DNA of 64,000 bases from Caldilineales bacterium (GTDB lineage Bacteria > Chloroflexota > Anaerolineae > J102). The stretch lies in assembly GCA_037443945.1 (NCBI GenBank), contig JBBINH010000015.1:4475-68474 (forward strand), read 5' to 3'. The notes beneath the pieces are model-generated. The model ran no database searches. It saw only the letters and a program-made list of their open reading frames with translations, and was not told where the DNA came from. Shown piece by piece: positions 41,015 to 52,055 of this stretch (position 1 is its first letter; every line of letters starts with the position of its first letter). The position numbers were made by a program, and so were the translations under genes.

Positions 41015-41950
41015 TCACTGTTTGAGCATATTCAAGTCGAACGCCGCCGCTGCGCTGGCCAGGTCGATCCCGTAGTACTTTTCCGACAGCCTCTTGAGGG
41101 TCCCGTCGGCGTGCATGGCGCGGATAATCTCGTTCACTTTAGCCTGGAAGCTCCTGGTATCCAGGCTGCTGCCCTTATCGAAGGCAGCGGCAAGGTACTC
41201 GAAATAGACCGGTTCGCCGAGCTGTTTGATGGGCAATCCATCTTTGATGGCACCGAGCCCGGTGGGCTGAGCCGTCAGGACGGCATCCAACCGCACCCCA
41301 TCGCCCAAGGCCAGGTCCTGGAGGGCGGGGAGATCGGTTTCGTAGCCGACGAATTGGGCATCCTTGATGACAAAGTTGATGGTCTCGCCGGGGATGGAGA
41401 GGGTGCCGTCGATGTAGAACTCATAGGTGCAGCCGGTGCAGCCCCCCACCCGCTTGCCCGAGAGATCGGCAGGCGAGGTGTAGGTCGTGTTATCCTTGTG
41501 GACGAAGAGGGCTGCGGGGGTCGTGTAGTAGGGCTGGGAGAAGAAAAGCTTCTCCATCCGTTCCGGCGTGATCGTCATCGACCCAACGCTGATATCCCAG
41601 CGGTCGGCCCAGTTCCCACCGGTGATCAGCGTCCAATCCGGCGTGACAAAACACGGTTCCACGCCCAGCCGCTTGGCGATCTCGACGGCGGTATCGATGT
41701 CGAAGCCGGTAAACTCGCCGGCCGTGCGCTCTTCGGCGCCGCATTTGGTTTGTTCAGCCCGCCTGGCATCCGGCACGAGTTCCGACTGGGGCGGGTAGGC
41801 GGGATCGGTCGAGATGCGGAGGGTACCGCGTGCCATGATGGCGGCCAGGAGATCCGAAGGGGTAGGTGTAGGCGCCGGTGCAGACGGCGTACAGGCAACC
41901 AGAACCATAGCCAGCAAAGCCGGCAAGAGAAAGGCGAGGCGAACGTTCAT
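41015..41950 (-). CDS. Amino-acid ABC transporter substrate-binding lipoprotein (SBP family 3)
   Basis: Lipobox 'LVACT', periplasmic binding fold, RBS 'aaaaaggaga'. Confidence 0.8.
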   Translation of the reverse strand: MNVRLAFLLPALLAMVLVACTPSAPAPTPTPSDLLAAIMARGTLRISTDPAYPPQSELVPDARRAEQTKCGAEERTAGEFTGFDIDTAVEIAKRLGVEPCFVTPDWTLITGGNWADRWDISVGSMTITPERMEKLFFSQPYYTTPAALFVHKDNTTYTSPADLSGKRVGGCTGCTYEFYIDGTLSIPGETINFVIKDAQFVGYETDLPALQDLALGDGVRLDAVLTAQPTGLGAIKDGLPIKQLGEPVYFEYLAAAFDKGSSLDTRSFQAKVNEIIRAMHADGTLKRLSEKYYGIDLASAAAAFDLNMLKQ

Positions 41951-42057
41951 CGGGCTATCTTCTCCTTTTTGATAACGAACAGAAAGGGGAACAACCGGAT
42001 AGGCGGTACAATACACCAATTGCGGTGATTGTTCAAGCTTTGTGCGGGCCAATGGGC

Positions 42058-42618
42058 TCAAGCGGTCGTCTCCGGTGGGGGCAACAGCAGCACATGCAAC
42101 TGTCGCGGTCCGAACATGCCCGTGTGCGCATGCCATTCGAGATCGGCGCTCATGCTGGGGCCGCCGATGATCAGCACGCTCACCGGGTCCTCCGCTTTTT
42201 GCGCGCGTTGCCAGGCGACCAGGTCGTTAAAAAGCCGTGTGATGGGCAGCAAGACGATGAGATACACAGGCAACAAAGCCGGCAGCCAGGCGCCCACGGA
42301 CGGGCCGGCCAGGACCAGCGAGCCGGTTGTGGCCAAACCGGCAGCGGCATCGGTCAGTCCGACGGTCAACTCGGCCCGCAACCGCTCCCGTTCGGGTTGG
42401 CTCAGGGCGATACCGGCATCGGCCAGGGCTTCGGCCAGACCGGGCAGGAGTGAGGCAGCCGACGGCCGGGCCAGGATCTCGCGAACCCCCAACTCGCGCA
42501 AAGTCAGCAACACACGCAGGCGGGCGGCCGCCTGGCTGGTGGGGGTCTCGATGCGGCCGCCTCGCCGTTGCCAGACGGTCATAAAGTGGCGGGCCAGCGG
42601 ACTGCGTTCGTCGTTCAT
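42058..42618 (-). CDS. lutC: LutC/YkgG-family lactate utilization protein (LUD domain)
   Basis: Start 'MNDERSPLARHFM' overlaps the lutB stop (ATGA). The LUD-domain-like tail is 'LVLAGPSVGAWLPALLPVYLIVLLP'. Confidence 0.6.
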   Translation of the reverse strand: MNDERSPLARHFMTVWQRRGGRIETPTSQAAARLRVLLTLRELGVREILARPSAASLLPGLAEALADAGIALSQPERERLRAELTVGLTDAAAGLATTGSLVLAGPSVGAWLPALLPVYLIVLLPITRLFNDLVAWQRAQKAEDPVSVLIIGGPSMSADLEWHAHTGMFGPRQLHVLLLPPPETTA

Positions 42619-43828
42619 GCTCGCCGGACCAGGCGAAAAGCCAGGCGAAGGGCCGGGATGAACAGCCGAGGATAGGGCAACAACCGTTGCCATAGCCAGA
42701 AAACCAGGCGCTCCTCCCACGAGGCCGAGACGGCCGCGTGGCGGCGCTGCCGGGCCAACAGCTCCGGCAGATCGATACCGACAGGACAAACGGTCGCGCA
42801 GGCCCGGCAACCGCTGCTGAGATAGGGCTGGTCTTGCGTTCGTCGTTCTGGCCACATGACAGGATTGAGCACGGCGCCGATCGGACCGCTCCGGGCATGA
42901 CGACCGTAAGCCATCGCCCCGACCTGCCGATACACGGGGCAGACGGCATGGCAGGCCCCACAACCGATACAGGCCAACGCTGCAGTCAGACCGGCGGCCA
43001 GCGCACGGCGTCGACCGTTATCGAGCAAAATCACATCCACCTGCTGGGGTCCATCGGCCGTGCGCTGCGGGCCGGCGATGATGCCGACATAGTGGGCCTG
43101 GTCCTGTCCCCATGCACCCAGGCTAAAAGCGCGGATGAGCAGCTCTAGATCGGCGATATCCGCCACCACCTGCTCGATTCCGACCAGACAAATGAGATGC
43201 CCGGCCAGGGCGATGAGATGGGCGTTGTGGCCATCGTTATCCAGGCAAACCAGGCGGCCGTCGGCGGCGACGGCAAAATGGACGCCGATGACGGCCACTT
43301 TTGCGGCCAGCAAAAGCGGTCGCAGCCGCAGCCGTGCGGTACCGGCCAGCAGATCGGGGTCGAAACTCGGCGGCACCTTCCAGGCCCTTGCCATGGCCGT
43401 CGCCAGATGGCGCAGACCGAGATGGGCCGAGGACCAGATGGGATGCAAGGGCGGGGCACCGGTCAGCTTGAGGTAGTGATCACCGGGATGAATCGGGATC
43501 AGCTCGACGCCGTTGCCGGCGGCAGCCCGATCCAGGGCGATTTCGTCGAACAGGGGCGAGTGGTTGCGCAGGACCTCGGTGCAACCGCTCGCCCGAATCC
43601 GCTCGATCACGAGACGGTCGGCCTCCTGGTAATCCTCGGCCCGCCACACCTGCATGCCCTGGGCCCGGGCCTGGGCCTCGAAGCGGTGCAGGTAGGTTTC
43701 CAACTCGGCCAGCACCCGCCGACGGGCCTCACCGGCTGCCGACGGCAGTTCCGGTGATAAGGGGGGCCTGCGTTCGACGAGTTGACCAAGGCGATAAAGG
43801 GCCTGGCGCGTAGAGGGATCGGCCGGCA
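42615..43828 (-). CDS. lutB: LutB-like iron-sulfur protein (4Fe-4S ferredoxin plus DUF162/LUD domain)
   Basis: Two CxxCxxCxxxCP motifs ('CIGCGACHAVCPV', 'CRACATVCPV'). 5' end is uncertain: GTG 43828 is chosen to avoid a long overlap with lutA. Confidence 0.7.
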
Positions 43829-43833
43829 CGAAA

Positions 43834-44556
43834 CTACCTCGGGGGCACAATACGACAACAATCCGGATCGGCCAGAAACTCGACGAGATGCCGCAACACC
43901 GGGCCGCCGCGGCGGCGTTGCTGCGCCAGCAGATGAACCAGGCACCCGACCTCATCGGTGAGCACAAGAGCAGCTCCGCTTAGGCGCAGGGTCATCAGCA
44001 CCGGTTCGGCCATGGCCCGACTCAACTCGGGATAACGCCAGACCAGATTCAGGCCGTAGCCGCAACAGTCTTGCCTGAAAGCGGCCGGTTGTTCGTCACC
44101 GGTTAGGCGGGCCAGAAGGAGGCGCGTGGCGGCTTCCTCGGCGCCGGTGCAGGCCGGAAAATAGTCGATGCGGCCGCGAAAACAAGGCTCGAAGCGCTCT
44201 ACCCCCACATGGGCGACCAGAAACGAAGGCCAGGTGAGCACGCGAGCGGCCAGAGCTGTGGCTGCGGTTGCTTCCGGTTCCGTCGCCAGCAATACCGGCA
44301 TGTGCTCACAGACCATACGGCGGCAGACCGGCGAGGGGGTGAGGACGAGGTCATAGCCGGCGAAGACGCGCACAAATTGCCGCGCCGCCACCCGCGCCGG
44401 CTCAAGCCGGCCGGCATCCCAGGCCGGCAACCCGCAACACGTCTGCGGCGGCGTTACCATGGTCAGGCCCAGGGCCTGGGCCAGCTTCTGGCCGGCCGCC
44501 GTCAGGGCGGGACGGAAGGCTTGCGCCGTACAGGTGGCAAAAAGGGCAATCCGCAC
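43834..44556 (-). CDS. lutA: LutA-like (Fe-S) oxidoreductase with CCG cysteine-rich domains
   Basis: 'MRIALFATCT...PPQTCCGLP' and a second 'CCG' segment. About 240 aa. Confidence 0.8.
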   Translation of the reverse strand: MRIALFATCTAQAFRPALTAAGQKLAQALGLTMVTPPQTCCGLPAWDAGRLEPARVAARQFVRVFAGYDLVLTPSPVCRRMVCEHMPVLLATEPEATAATALAARVLTWPSFLVAHVGVERFEPCFRGRIDYFPACTGAEEAATRLLLARLTGDEQPAAFRQDCCGYGLNLVWRYPELSRAMAEPVLMTLRLSGAALVLTDEVGCLVHLLAQQRRRGGPVLRHLVEFLADPDCCRIVPPR

Positions 44557-44573
44557 GGACGAGCCGACCGCTC

Positions 44574-45807
44574 TCAGGAAAGGGGGGGCAGCAGGCGCAC
44601 GAAATGGCGCTTGCCCTTTTGCAAAACCAGACCCTCGGGACCCGGTTTCGGCTCTAAATAGGGATCGGAGACGACGACGCCGTCAAGCCGCACGCCCCCA
44701 CCCTGGATATCGCGCTTGGCCTGGCTGCGGCTGGGGACAAAGCCGGCGCGCTCCAGCAGATCGACCACCGTGTCCCCAGGTCGCACCACCAGCGTGGGCA
44801 TCTCCGGCGGAAGCTCTTTTTTCTGGAAGGTGCGGACGAAATGCTCTTCGGCCGCCTGCACGGCCTGGGGAGGGTGGAACAGCCCCGTGATCTCGCGGGC
44901 CAGGGCCATCTTCAGATCGCGCGGGTGCAGGCGACCGGCCTCCAGGTCGGCAAAGAGCTGCTCGATATAGGCCGGATGCCAAGAGGTGACCAGCTCGGCG
45001 TAATTGCGCATGGCGCTATCGGGGATGGACATGACCTTGCCGTACATCTCCTCGGCCGGCTCGGAGATACCGATGTAGTTGCCGGTGCTTTTGCTCATGC
45101 GCAGATGGCCGTCGGTTCCCACCAGGATGGGCAGGGTCAACGCCACTTGGGGTCGCAAACCGAAGACCTCCATGAGCTTGCGCCCGGCCATCAAGTTGAA
45201 CAACTGATCGGTCCCGCCCAATTGCACATCCGTCTGCAAGGCGACGGCATCGTAGCCCTGCATCAGGGCGTAGAAAAATTCGTGCAGCCAGATGGCTTCA
45301 CCCCGGGCATAGCGCAGGGCAAAGCTTTCCCGGGCCAGGAATTGCTGGACGGTGAAATGGCTGGCCAGGCCGATTACGTCCTTGAAGGTCAGTCGGCTCA
45401 GCCATTCATCGTTGTAGCGAATTTGGGTCCGTGCGGGATCGAGGATCTTGAAGGCCTGTTCGGCGTAGGTGCGGGCCTTGGCTTTCACCTCTTCCTCGGT
45501 CTGTTGCGGGCGGGCGCTATCCTTGTCGCTGGGATCCCCGATGAGGCCGGTGAAGGTGCCGATGAGGAAGATTGCCTCGTGGCCCAGGTCCTGGAACTGC
45601 CGCAGCTTGCGCATGGTGACGGTATGACCCAGATGGAGATCGGGCGAGGTAGGGTCATAGCCGCAATAGACACGCAACGGCCGACCGGTAGCCACGCTTT
45701 CTTCCAGGCGCTGGCGCAGTTCGGCCTTCATGTTCTCGTAGGTCAGCGGGTCGCCGAAGTCGACCCCGCGCATGAGGATGGTGAGTTGTTCGTCAACGGG
45801 AAGCATG
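44574..45807 (-). CDS. tyrS: Tyrosine--tRNA ligase
   Basis: '[17 protein letters not shown]' (HIGH), 'KMSKSTGN' (KMSKS), C-terminal S4-like domain. Start 'MLPVDEQL'. Confidence 0.9.
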
Positions 45808-45838
45808 AACGGAAAGCAGGCGAGGAAGGGAGAAGGGC

Positions 45839-47411
45839 CTAGCGGGTGACCACCGTTTGGCTTTGTTCGTGCATGTAGAGAGGGAGATAGTAGAAGGAAC
45901 CGGCCGCTTTGCCGGTCGTGCCGGAGCCTTTCCAGCCGCCGAAGGCCTGATAGCCCGGCCAGGCGCCGGTCGTGGCGCTGGCACGACGATTGGCATAAGC
46001 GACACCGATTTCGATATTGGCGAAGAACCACTCCACCTCATCGGGCGCGCCGTAGAACCCGGCCGTAAGGGCGTAGGTGTGGTCATTGGCCAGTTGCATC
46101 GCCTCTGCCAGGTCCTCGACGGGATGGACGGCCACAATGGGGAGAAACATCTCCACCTTCCAGAGGGGATGGGAAATGGGCAGATCGGTGACGATGGTCG
46201 GGGCCACGAAGTACCCGTGGTCGTACTCATCGCCGGTGAGGACCTGACCGCCGTAGAGGATTTCGCCCGCCTCGCGCAGGGCTGCGCAGTAGCGTTGATA
46301 GTCCTCATAGGCCTTGCGGTTGATCACCGGACCCATAAAGACATCGGCCTGGGTGGGGTCGCCGACTTTGATGGCCTCGGTATAGCGCAAGAGGCCGTGC
46401 AAGAAATCGTGGTAGACGGGCCGCTCCACATAAACCCGAGAGGCGGCCGAGCATTTCTGGCCCTGCAGCCCGAAGGCCGCGCGCATGACGCCATAGGCGG
46501 CATCATCGAGATCGGCATGACGGCTGATGATGACCGGATTCTTGCCACCCATTTCGGCGATGACGGGCCGTGGATAGGGCCCTTGGGCCACCGTGCGCAG
46601 GATGTGCATGCCGACGTCGTAGGAACCGGTAAAGGTATAGCCATCGAGGTCATGGCTGGTGATGAGGGTTTCGCCCACCGTGGCACCCGGGCCGGTGATG
46701 AAATTGAGCACACCGTCGGGCAAACCGGCCTCGCGGAAGCATTCGACCAGCTTCCAGGCGGTGTAAGGCGTATCGGTGGCCGGCTTGAGCACCACCGTGT
46801 TACCGGCTACCAAAGCGGCGCCAGTAGGCCCACCGGCCAGCGCTGCCGGGAAGTTGAAGGGCGAAATAACACACCAGGCGCCGTAGGGCTTGAGGACGCT
46901 GTAGTTGTGATGGCGAGGCGACTCGCTGAGCAAGGGCCGTCGGTAGCCCTCGTTCTTCTCCATGTCATCGCAGTAATAGCGGATGAGATCGGCGGTTTCG
47001 GCCACATCGCCCAAGGCCTCCAGGCGATTTTTGCCGACTTCGATGCTCATAATGGCCGCAATCTCGAACGTGCGTTCGTCGATCAGGGCAGCGGCGCGAC
47101 GCAGGATGGCCACGCGCTCTTGCCAGGGCCGACGGCCCCAATCCCGTGCGGCTGCTTTGGCCGCGGCAATGGCATCGAGGGCATCCTGGCGGTCCCCTTT
47201 TTGGAAATAGCCGAGCACCCAATTCGTATCGATAGGACTGGTATCACGAAAGGACTCGGTGGCACGACGTTCTTCGCCACCGATGAACAGGGGAAAACTA
47301 CGGCCGAATTGGGCTTTGGCCTGGACAACGGCCGCCTCGTAAGCGGCATGAAGTTCGGGATTGTCCACCGAAAGCGTGGAATAGGTGATTTTCAAGGGAG
47401 GTGCGGTCATG
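45839..47411 (-). CDS. pruA: L-glutamate gamma-semialdehyde (1-pyrroline-5-carboxylate) dehydrogenase, aldehyde dehydrogenase family
   Basis: ALDH catalytic region 'FTGSYDVG' and 'GQKCSAASR', with a Glu-containing 'IAEMGGKNP' (ELGGK-like). Size about 524 aa and the N-terminus 'KITYSTL' fit the P5CDH subgroup. Confidence 0.8.
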
Positions 47412-47493
47412 GCAGGTCTCCTTCGGGGCGGTGAGCCGGTGCACGGGGCCGCCGACCGGGATACCCCGGCCGCAGGCCTATAAACCGTCGGCA

Positions 47494-48177
47494 ATGATTC
47501 CCTATTCTAACCCAGCCATGCTAAAATCGGTAGCCTCTAACCTTTCGATCCGTTGTCCTCTACGTCCGACCTTGAGCCTTTCGCCCTCTCCCGATCAAAT
47601 CCGCTGGGACGAACGCTATCGCTGCGGTCGCGGGCCATGCCATAACGAGATCGACGCCTGGGTGGCAGCGCAGCATGCGTATCTCACCGGTGGTCGCGCG
47701 CTGGATGTCGCCTGTGGCACCGGGCGCTATAGCCTGTGGCTGACGCGGCTGGGTTACGAGGTCGAGGCCGTGGATATCAGCCCGGTAGCCCTGGAACGGC
47801 TGGCCGCAACGGCGGCCGCGCAGGGGCTGGCCGAGCGTATCCACATCCTCCAGGCGGACCTGACGCACTGGCACCCCCCGCCTGAGCGCTATGACCTGGT
47901 GCTGGTCTCGCTCTATCTGGAGCGCAAGCTGCTGCCGGCCTTGCGTGCGGCCTTGCGCCCACGGGGCTTGCTCCTCTATACGACGTTTCACACCGATCTC
48001 TTGCGCCTGCCCGGCGAGTTCAACCCGGCCTATCTGCTCCAGCCCGGCGAGCTTTTGCTGACCTTTGCCGATTGGGAGCTGCTGGCCTATGAGGAACGGC
48101 GCCTGCCTCGTAGCGGTGGCCGCCGCCGCGACTGTCTCAGCTCCATCCTTGTCCGCAAACCCGAAACAGGCGGATAG
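47494..48177 (+). CDS. Class I SAM-dependent methyltransferase (TehB-like)
   Basis: Motif I 'ALDVACGTGRYSLWL', an acidic 'VEAVDIS', and motif post-I/II. Start is uncertain (47494 or 47518). Confidence 0.65.
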   Translation: MIPYSNPAMLKSVASNLSIRCPLRPTLSLSPSPDQIRWDERYRCGRGPCHNEIDAWVAAQHAYLTGGRALDVACGTGRYSLWLTRLGYEVEAVDISPVALERLAATAAAQGLAERIHILQADLTHWHPPPERYDLVLVSLYLERKLLPALRAALRPRGLLLYTTFHTDLLRLPGEFNPAYLLQPGELLLTFADWELLAYEERRLPRSGGRRRDCLSSILVRKPETGG

Positions 48178-48235
48178 GCCTGTTTTCCGGCCGCTCCGAT
48201 CTGCCGGCCATGCGCTCTGCGCTTCCCGTTTGGCC

Positions 48236-49498
48236 ATGAAAGCCGATATTCCTGCCCTGATGCGGGCACGACAACTCGATGCGATCGTCGTGCGCGGCGA
48301 TACGGATACCAGCACCGACCTGGCTTATCTGGTCGGTGGGATCAAGCTGGAAAATGCCCTCTACCTGCAAAAAGCCGACGGTCCGCCTCTACTCATTGCC
48401 AGCCCCCTGGAGCGCGATGCGGCGGCTAGGACGGGTTATCGACTGCGTTTGTGGTCCGATTACGACCTGGTCGAATACACCAAACGACACCACAACGACC
48501 GTTTGCGCGCATCGGTGGCCATTCTTAGCGATGTCCTGCGCGATGAGGGCGTGAGCGGTCGCGTCGGCTTTTACGGTCTGGCCGATCAGGGCTATAGCTA
48601 TGTCTTCCTGCGGGCCCTGGCCGCGGCCAATCCCCAGATCGAAATCGTGGGCGAAGCCTACCCCAATCTGTTCCACAGCGCCCGCCAGACGAAAGATGCC
48701 GCAGAGCTGGCCGCCATGCGCCATGTCGGCCAACAGACGGCCCGCCTGATCGAGAGTGTTTTCGACTTCCTGAGCATGCAGCGCGCTCGCGACGGCGTCC
48801 TCGTCCATGCCGATGGTCGGCCGGTGACCGTGGGCGATGTCAAAACCTACATCCGCATGGAACTGGCCCGATTGCACCTGGCCGAAACCCACGAGAACAT
48901 CTTTTGCCCCGGCGCCGAAGCCGCCGTCCCGCACAACACTGGTCAACCGGAACGGGTCCTGCGCCTGGGGGAAAGCATCGTCTTCGACGTCTTTCCCTAT
49001 GACCCTACGACCGGCTATTTCCACGACGTCACCCGCACCTTCTTCCTGGGCTATGCTCCCGACCCCCTGGCCGAACGTTGGGAGCAGGTCAAGACCGTGT
49101 TCGATCGCGTCATGGCCGCATTGCGTTTGGGCGAACGGTGCACGTTCTACCAGGAAATGGTCTGTGCCTACTTCGAGGGCCTAGGATTTCCCACCCTGCG
49201 CCTTGATCCCAAGACCCGACGCGGCTATATCCACAGCCTAGGCCACGGCCTGGGTCTGGATATCCATGAACCGCCGGCGCTCAATCTCATGCCCGATAAC
49301 GACACCGTCTTCCAACCCGGCCATGTCTTCACCATCGAGCCGGGACTCTACGAGCCGGACACCCCACCCGGCGGCGGACCGGGGGGTTGGGCCATTCGCC
49401 TCGAAGACACGGTCGCCTTCGATCAGGAGGGTCGGCTCATCAATCTGACCGCTTATCCTTGCCCGATGGTCATCCCCGTCCGGCCCATTTCCGGCTGA
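48236..49498 (+). CDS. M24-family metallopeptidase (Xaa-Pro aminopeptidase/creatinase-like)
   Basis: Pita-bread fold metal ligands 'HSLGHGLGLDIHE', 'FTIEPG' and 'IRLEDTV'. N-terminal creatinase-like domain. Confidence 0.85.
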   Translation: MKADIPALMRARQLDAIVVRGDTDTSTDLAYLVGGIKLENALYLQKADGPPLLIASPLERDAAARTGYRLRLWSDYDLVEYTKRHHNDRLRASVAILSDVLRDEGVSGRVGFYGLADQGYSYVFLRALAAANPQIEIVGEAYPNLFHSARQTKDAAELAAMRHVGQQTARLIESVFDFLSMQRARDGVLVHADGRPVTVGDVKTYIRMELARLHLAETHENIFCPGAEAAVPHNTGQPERVLRLGESIVFDVFPYDPTTGYFHDVTRTFFLGYAPDPLAERWEQVKTVFDRVMAALRLGERCTFYQEMVCAYFEGLGFPTLRLDPKTRRGYIHSLGHGLGLDIHEPPALNLMPDNDTVFQPGHVFTIEPGLYEPDTPPGGGPGGWAIRLEDTVAFDQEGRLINLTAYPCPMVIPVRPISG

Positions 49499-49508
49499 GG
49501 ACAAGGCC

Positions 49509-51023
49509 ATGGCGACCACTTCGCCTCCGGTAAGTCGTCCGTGGCAGCGGGCCAAAGCGTTTCCCCACCGTCTGGGGGCGCTGGGTTTGCTGCTGGCACT
49601 GCTATTGGCCGGCGGTTGGGCGTATGTGCAACGGTTGCCGGAGGTCACGGTGGTCGTTGACGGTCGCGAGCATCGCGTGCGCACGACGGCCAGGACGGCG
49701 GCGGAGCTGATGGCGGATTTGCACCTGCACCCCCAGGACCGGGTCAGCAGCCCTCCGGGTCGCTTACAAAGCGGACAACGGCTGGAGATCACGCGCGCCC
49801 GACCGGTGCAGGTGTCCATCGGCGATACCGCCATTGTTTACCACACCCATGCCTCCACCATCGCCGCGTTCTTGGCCGAAGCGGGCATCGGCCTCTTGCC
49901 GGGAGATGGGCTGCTGCTCGAAGGAGAGGTGGCCGAACCCGAAACGCTCCTGCCCCCCGCCGTGTGGACGGCTCCGGCCGATGGCCTGCCCCACCCGGCC
50001 TGGCACGAAACGGCCCGACCCATTGCGCTTGCCGTCATCCGCAGCGCTAAGATCACGGTGGTGGATGGTCACGCCCCACCCATCACCCTCTACACAACGG
50101 CGACCACCGTGGGCGCAGCCCTGGCCCAGGCCGAAATCCCCGTCTACGAAGGGGACAGCCTGTTCCCGCCGTTGGCCAGTCGGGTGTGGCCCGGTCAACG
50201 CATCGTCATTCAACGTTCCTTGCCGCTAACGGTTGTCGTCGACGGCCGACGCCTGAGCACGCGCACCCGCCAGAGGACGGTTGGCGCCGCCCTAGCCGAA
50301 ATGGGCCTGGCCCCGATGGGTCTGGACCGGGTGGCACCGCCTCTGCACGCCGAATTGCGTCCTTATGCCACCATCCAAATCACCCGTGTGCGCGAGGAGA
50401 TCGTCTACGAGGAAACGCGCGTGCCGTTTCAGACCGTCCTGGTCCCGGATGACGAGCTGCTTATCGACCACGAACGGGTGGTCTATCCGGGAACCGAGGG
50501 TATCCAACGGAAGCGGGTGCGGGTGCGATTTGAGGACGGAGTTGAGGTAAGCCGTGCGGTTGAGGACGATTGGCTGGCCGTCTCGCCCCAAGACCGGGTC
50601 ATTGCCTACGGTCGTAAAATCGTGCCGCAAACCCTGGAGACACCGGAAGGCACCCTGACCTACTGGCGCAAGATGCGGGTCTATGCGAATTCCTACAGCC
50701 CGGCACGGTCGGGCACGCCGCCAACGGCGCCCTGGTACGGCCGCACCCGCATCGGGCTGCCCCTTCGCAAAGGCCTGGTGGCCGTAGACCCGGCCGTTAT
50801 CTCCATGGGCCAGCGGATGTATGTGCCCGGTTACGGCCTGGCGATGGCGGCGGATACGGGCGGCGGCATCAAGGGACGGCATATTGACCTGGGCTATGAG
50901 GATGCCGATTACGTCTCCTGGCATTGGTGGGTGGACATCTACCTGCTGTGGCCGCCGCCGCCGGCTTACAGCATCAACTATCGCTTGCCCGACTATCCCC
51001 GCTTCCCCGACCGTCGGCGCTGA
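49509..51023 (+). CDS. YabE-like cell-wall protein (DUF348/G5 repeats plus C-terminal 3D domain)
   Basis: N-terminal TM, repeated beta-rich 'VVVDGR...TVG' DUF348-like modules, and a C-terminal 3D-domain region 'RIGLPLRKGLVAVDPAVISMGQRMYVPGYG'. Confidence 0.65.
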   Translation: MATTSPPVSRPWQRAKAFPHRLGALGLLLALLLAGGWAYVQRLPEVTVVVDGREHRVRTTARTAAELMADLHLHPQDRVSSPPGRLQSGQRLEITRARPVQVSIGDTAIVYHTHASTIAAFLAEAGIGLLPGDGLLLEGEVAEPETLLPPAVWTAPADGLPHPAWHETARPIALAVIRSAKITVVDGHAPPITLYTTATTVGAALAQAEIPVYEGDSLFPPLASRVWPGQRIVIQRSLPLTVVVDGRRLSTRTRQRTVGAALAEMGLAPMGLDRVAPPLHAELRPYATIQITRVREEIVYEETRVPFQTVLVPDDELLIDHERVVYPGTEGIQRKRVRVRFEDGVEVSRAVEDDWLAVSPQDRVIAYGRKIVPQTLETPEGTLTYWRKMRVYANSYSPARSGTPPTAPWYGRTRIGLPLRKGLVAVDPAVISMGQRMYVPGYGLAMAADTGGGIKGRHIDLGYEDADYVSWHWWVDIYLLWPPPPAYSINYRLPDYPRFPDRRR

Positions 51024-51024
51024 T

Positions 51025-51879
51025 GTGGTCGCTCCGGCCCCCGCTTCGCTCCTGAGCAAACTGCACGAACTGGGCCTGGGTCCGCGCAAGAGCCTGGGCC
51101 AGCACTATCTGAGCGATCCCAGGCTGCTGGCGGGCATTGTGGCGGCTGCCGAATTGCCCCCCGCTGCCGTGGTTATCGAGATCGGCCCCGGCCCCGGCAC
51201 GCTAACGGCGGCCTTGTTACCCCATGTCGGGCGGCTGATCGCCATCGAACTCGATGATACGCTGGCGCCGCTCCTGGCCGAGCATTTCCGGGAATGGTCG
51301 CAATTTCATCTCATCCACGGCGACGCGCTTCAGATCGACCCCCATGAGGCGCTGGAGGCGACAGGCGGGACGGCGCCTTACTATCTTGTGGCCAACCTGC
51401 CCTACTATCTGGCAGCGGCCCTACTGCGGCACTACCTGGAGGCCGAACCGCCGCCGGAACGGGTCGTGGTGACGGTGCAGCTCGAGGTGGCGCAGCGCAT
51501 TGCGGCCCGACCACCGCAGATGAGCCTGTTGGGCGTGGCCGTTCAGGCGCTGGCCCGGCCCCAAATCGTGCGCCGGCTACCGCCGGGGGCCTTTTATCCG
51601 CCGCCCAAGGTCCATTCGGCCGTGCTGCGGCTGGACCCCTACAAGCCGCCGCGTCTGCCCGGCAATGAGCGGGCATGGTTTTTCACCGTGGTGCGGGCCG
51701 GTTTTGGGCAACGGCGTAAGACCTTGCGCAACAGTTTGGCCGCCGGCCTGGGTCTGGAACCGGACCTCGTTGTGACCGCGCTCCAAGCTTTGGGGATCGC
51801 CCCGGCCGCGCGGGCCCAGGAGCTGACGGTGGAGCAGTGGCTGGTCCTGGCCCGAGCCCTGGCGCGCCATGCGGGTTAG
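51025..51879 (+). CDS. rsmA: 16S rRNA (adenine1518/1519-N6)-dimethyltransferase
   Basis: 'KSLGQHYLSDPRLLAGIV' and 'VIEIGPGPGTLT' (SAM motif). GTG start 2 nt after the upstream stop. Confidence 0.9.
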   Translation: MVAPAPASLLSKLHELGLGPRKSLGQHYLSDPRLLAGIVAAAELPPAAVVIEIGPGPGTLTAALLPHVGRLIAIELDDTLAPLLAEHFREWSQFHLIHGDALQIDPHEALEATGGTAPYYLVANLPYYLAAALLRHYLEAEPPPERVVVTVQLEVAQRIAARPPQMSLLGVAVQALARPQIVRRLPPGAFYPPPKVHSAVLRLDPYKPPRLPGNERAWFFTVVRAGFGQRRKTLRNSLAAGLGLEPDLVVTALQALGIAPAARAQELTVEQWLVLARALARHAG

Positions 51880-52055
51880 GTCCCCTGCGCGTGGCGCCGA
51901 GCCGGCGGCCCGGCGCCGGGCGTGGCCGGCCCTTGCGCCGGGCCACGCCGTCGATGGGAGGGGTCGCCCGACCTTGCGCGCGCCGGATTGGCCCCTCGGC
52001 GCCACGCACGCCGGCTCCCCTCTCGCGTGGCGAACAGAACGCAAGCACCGCGACC

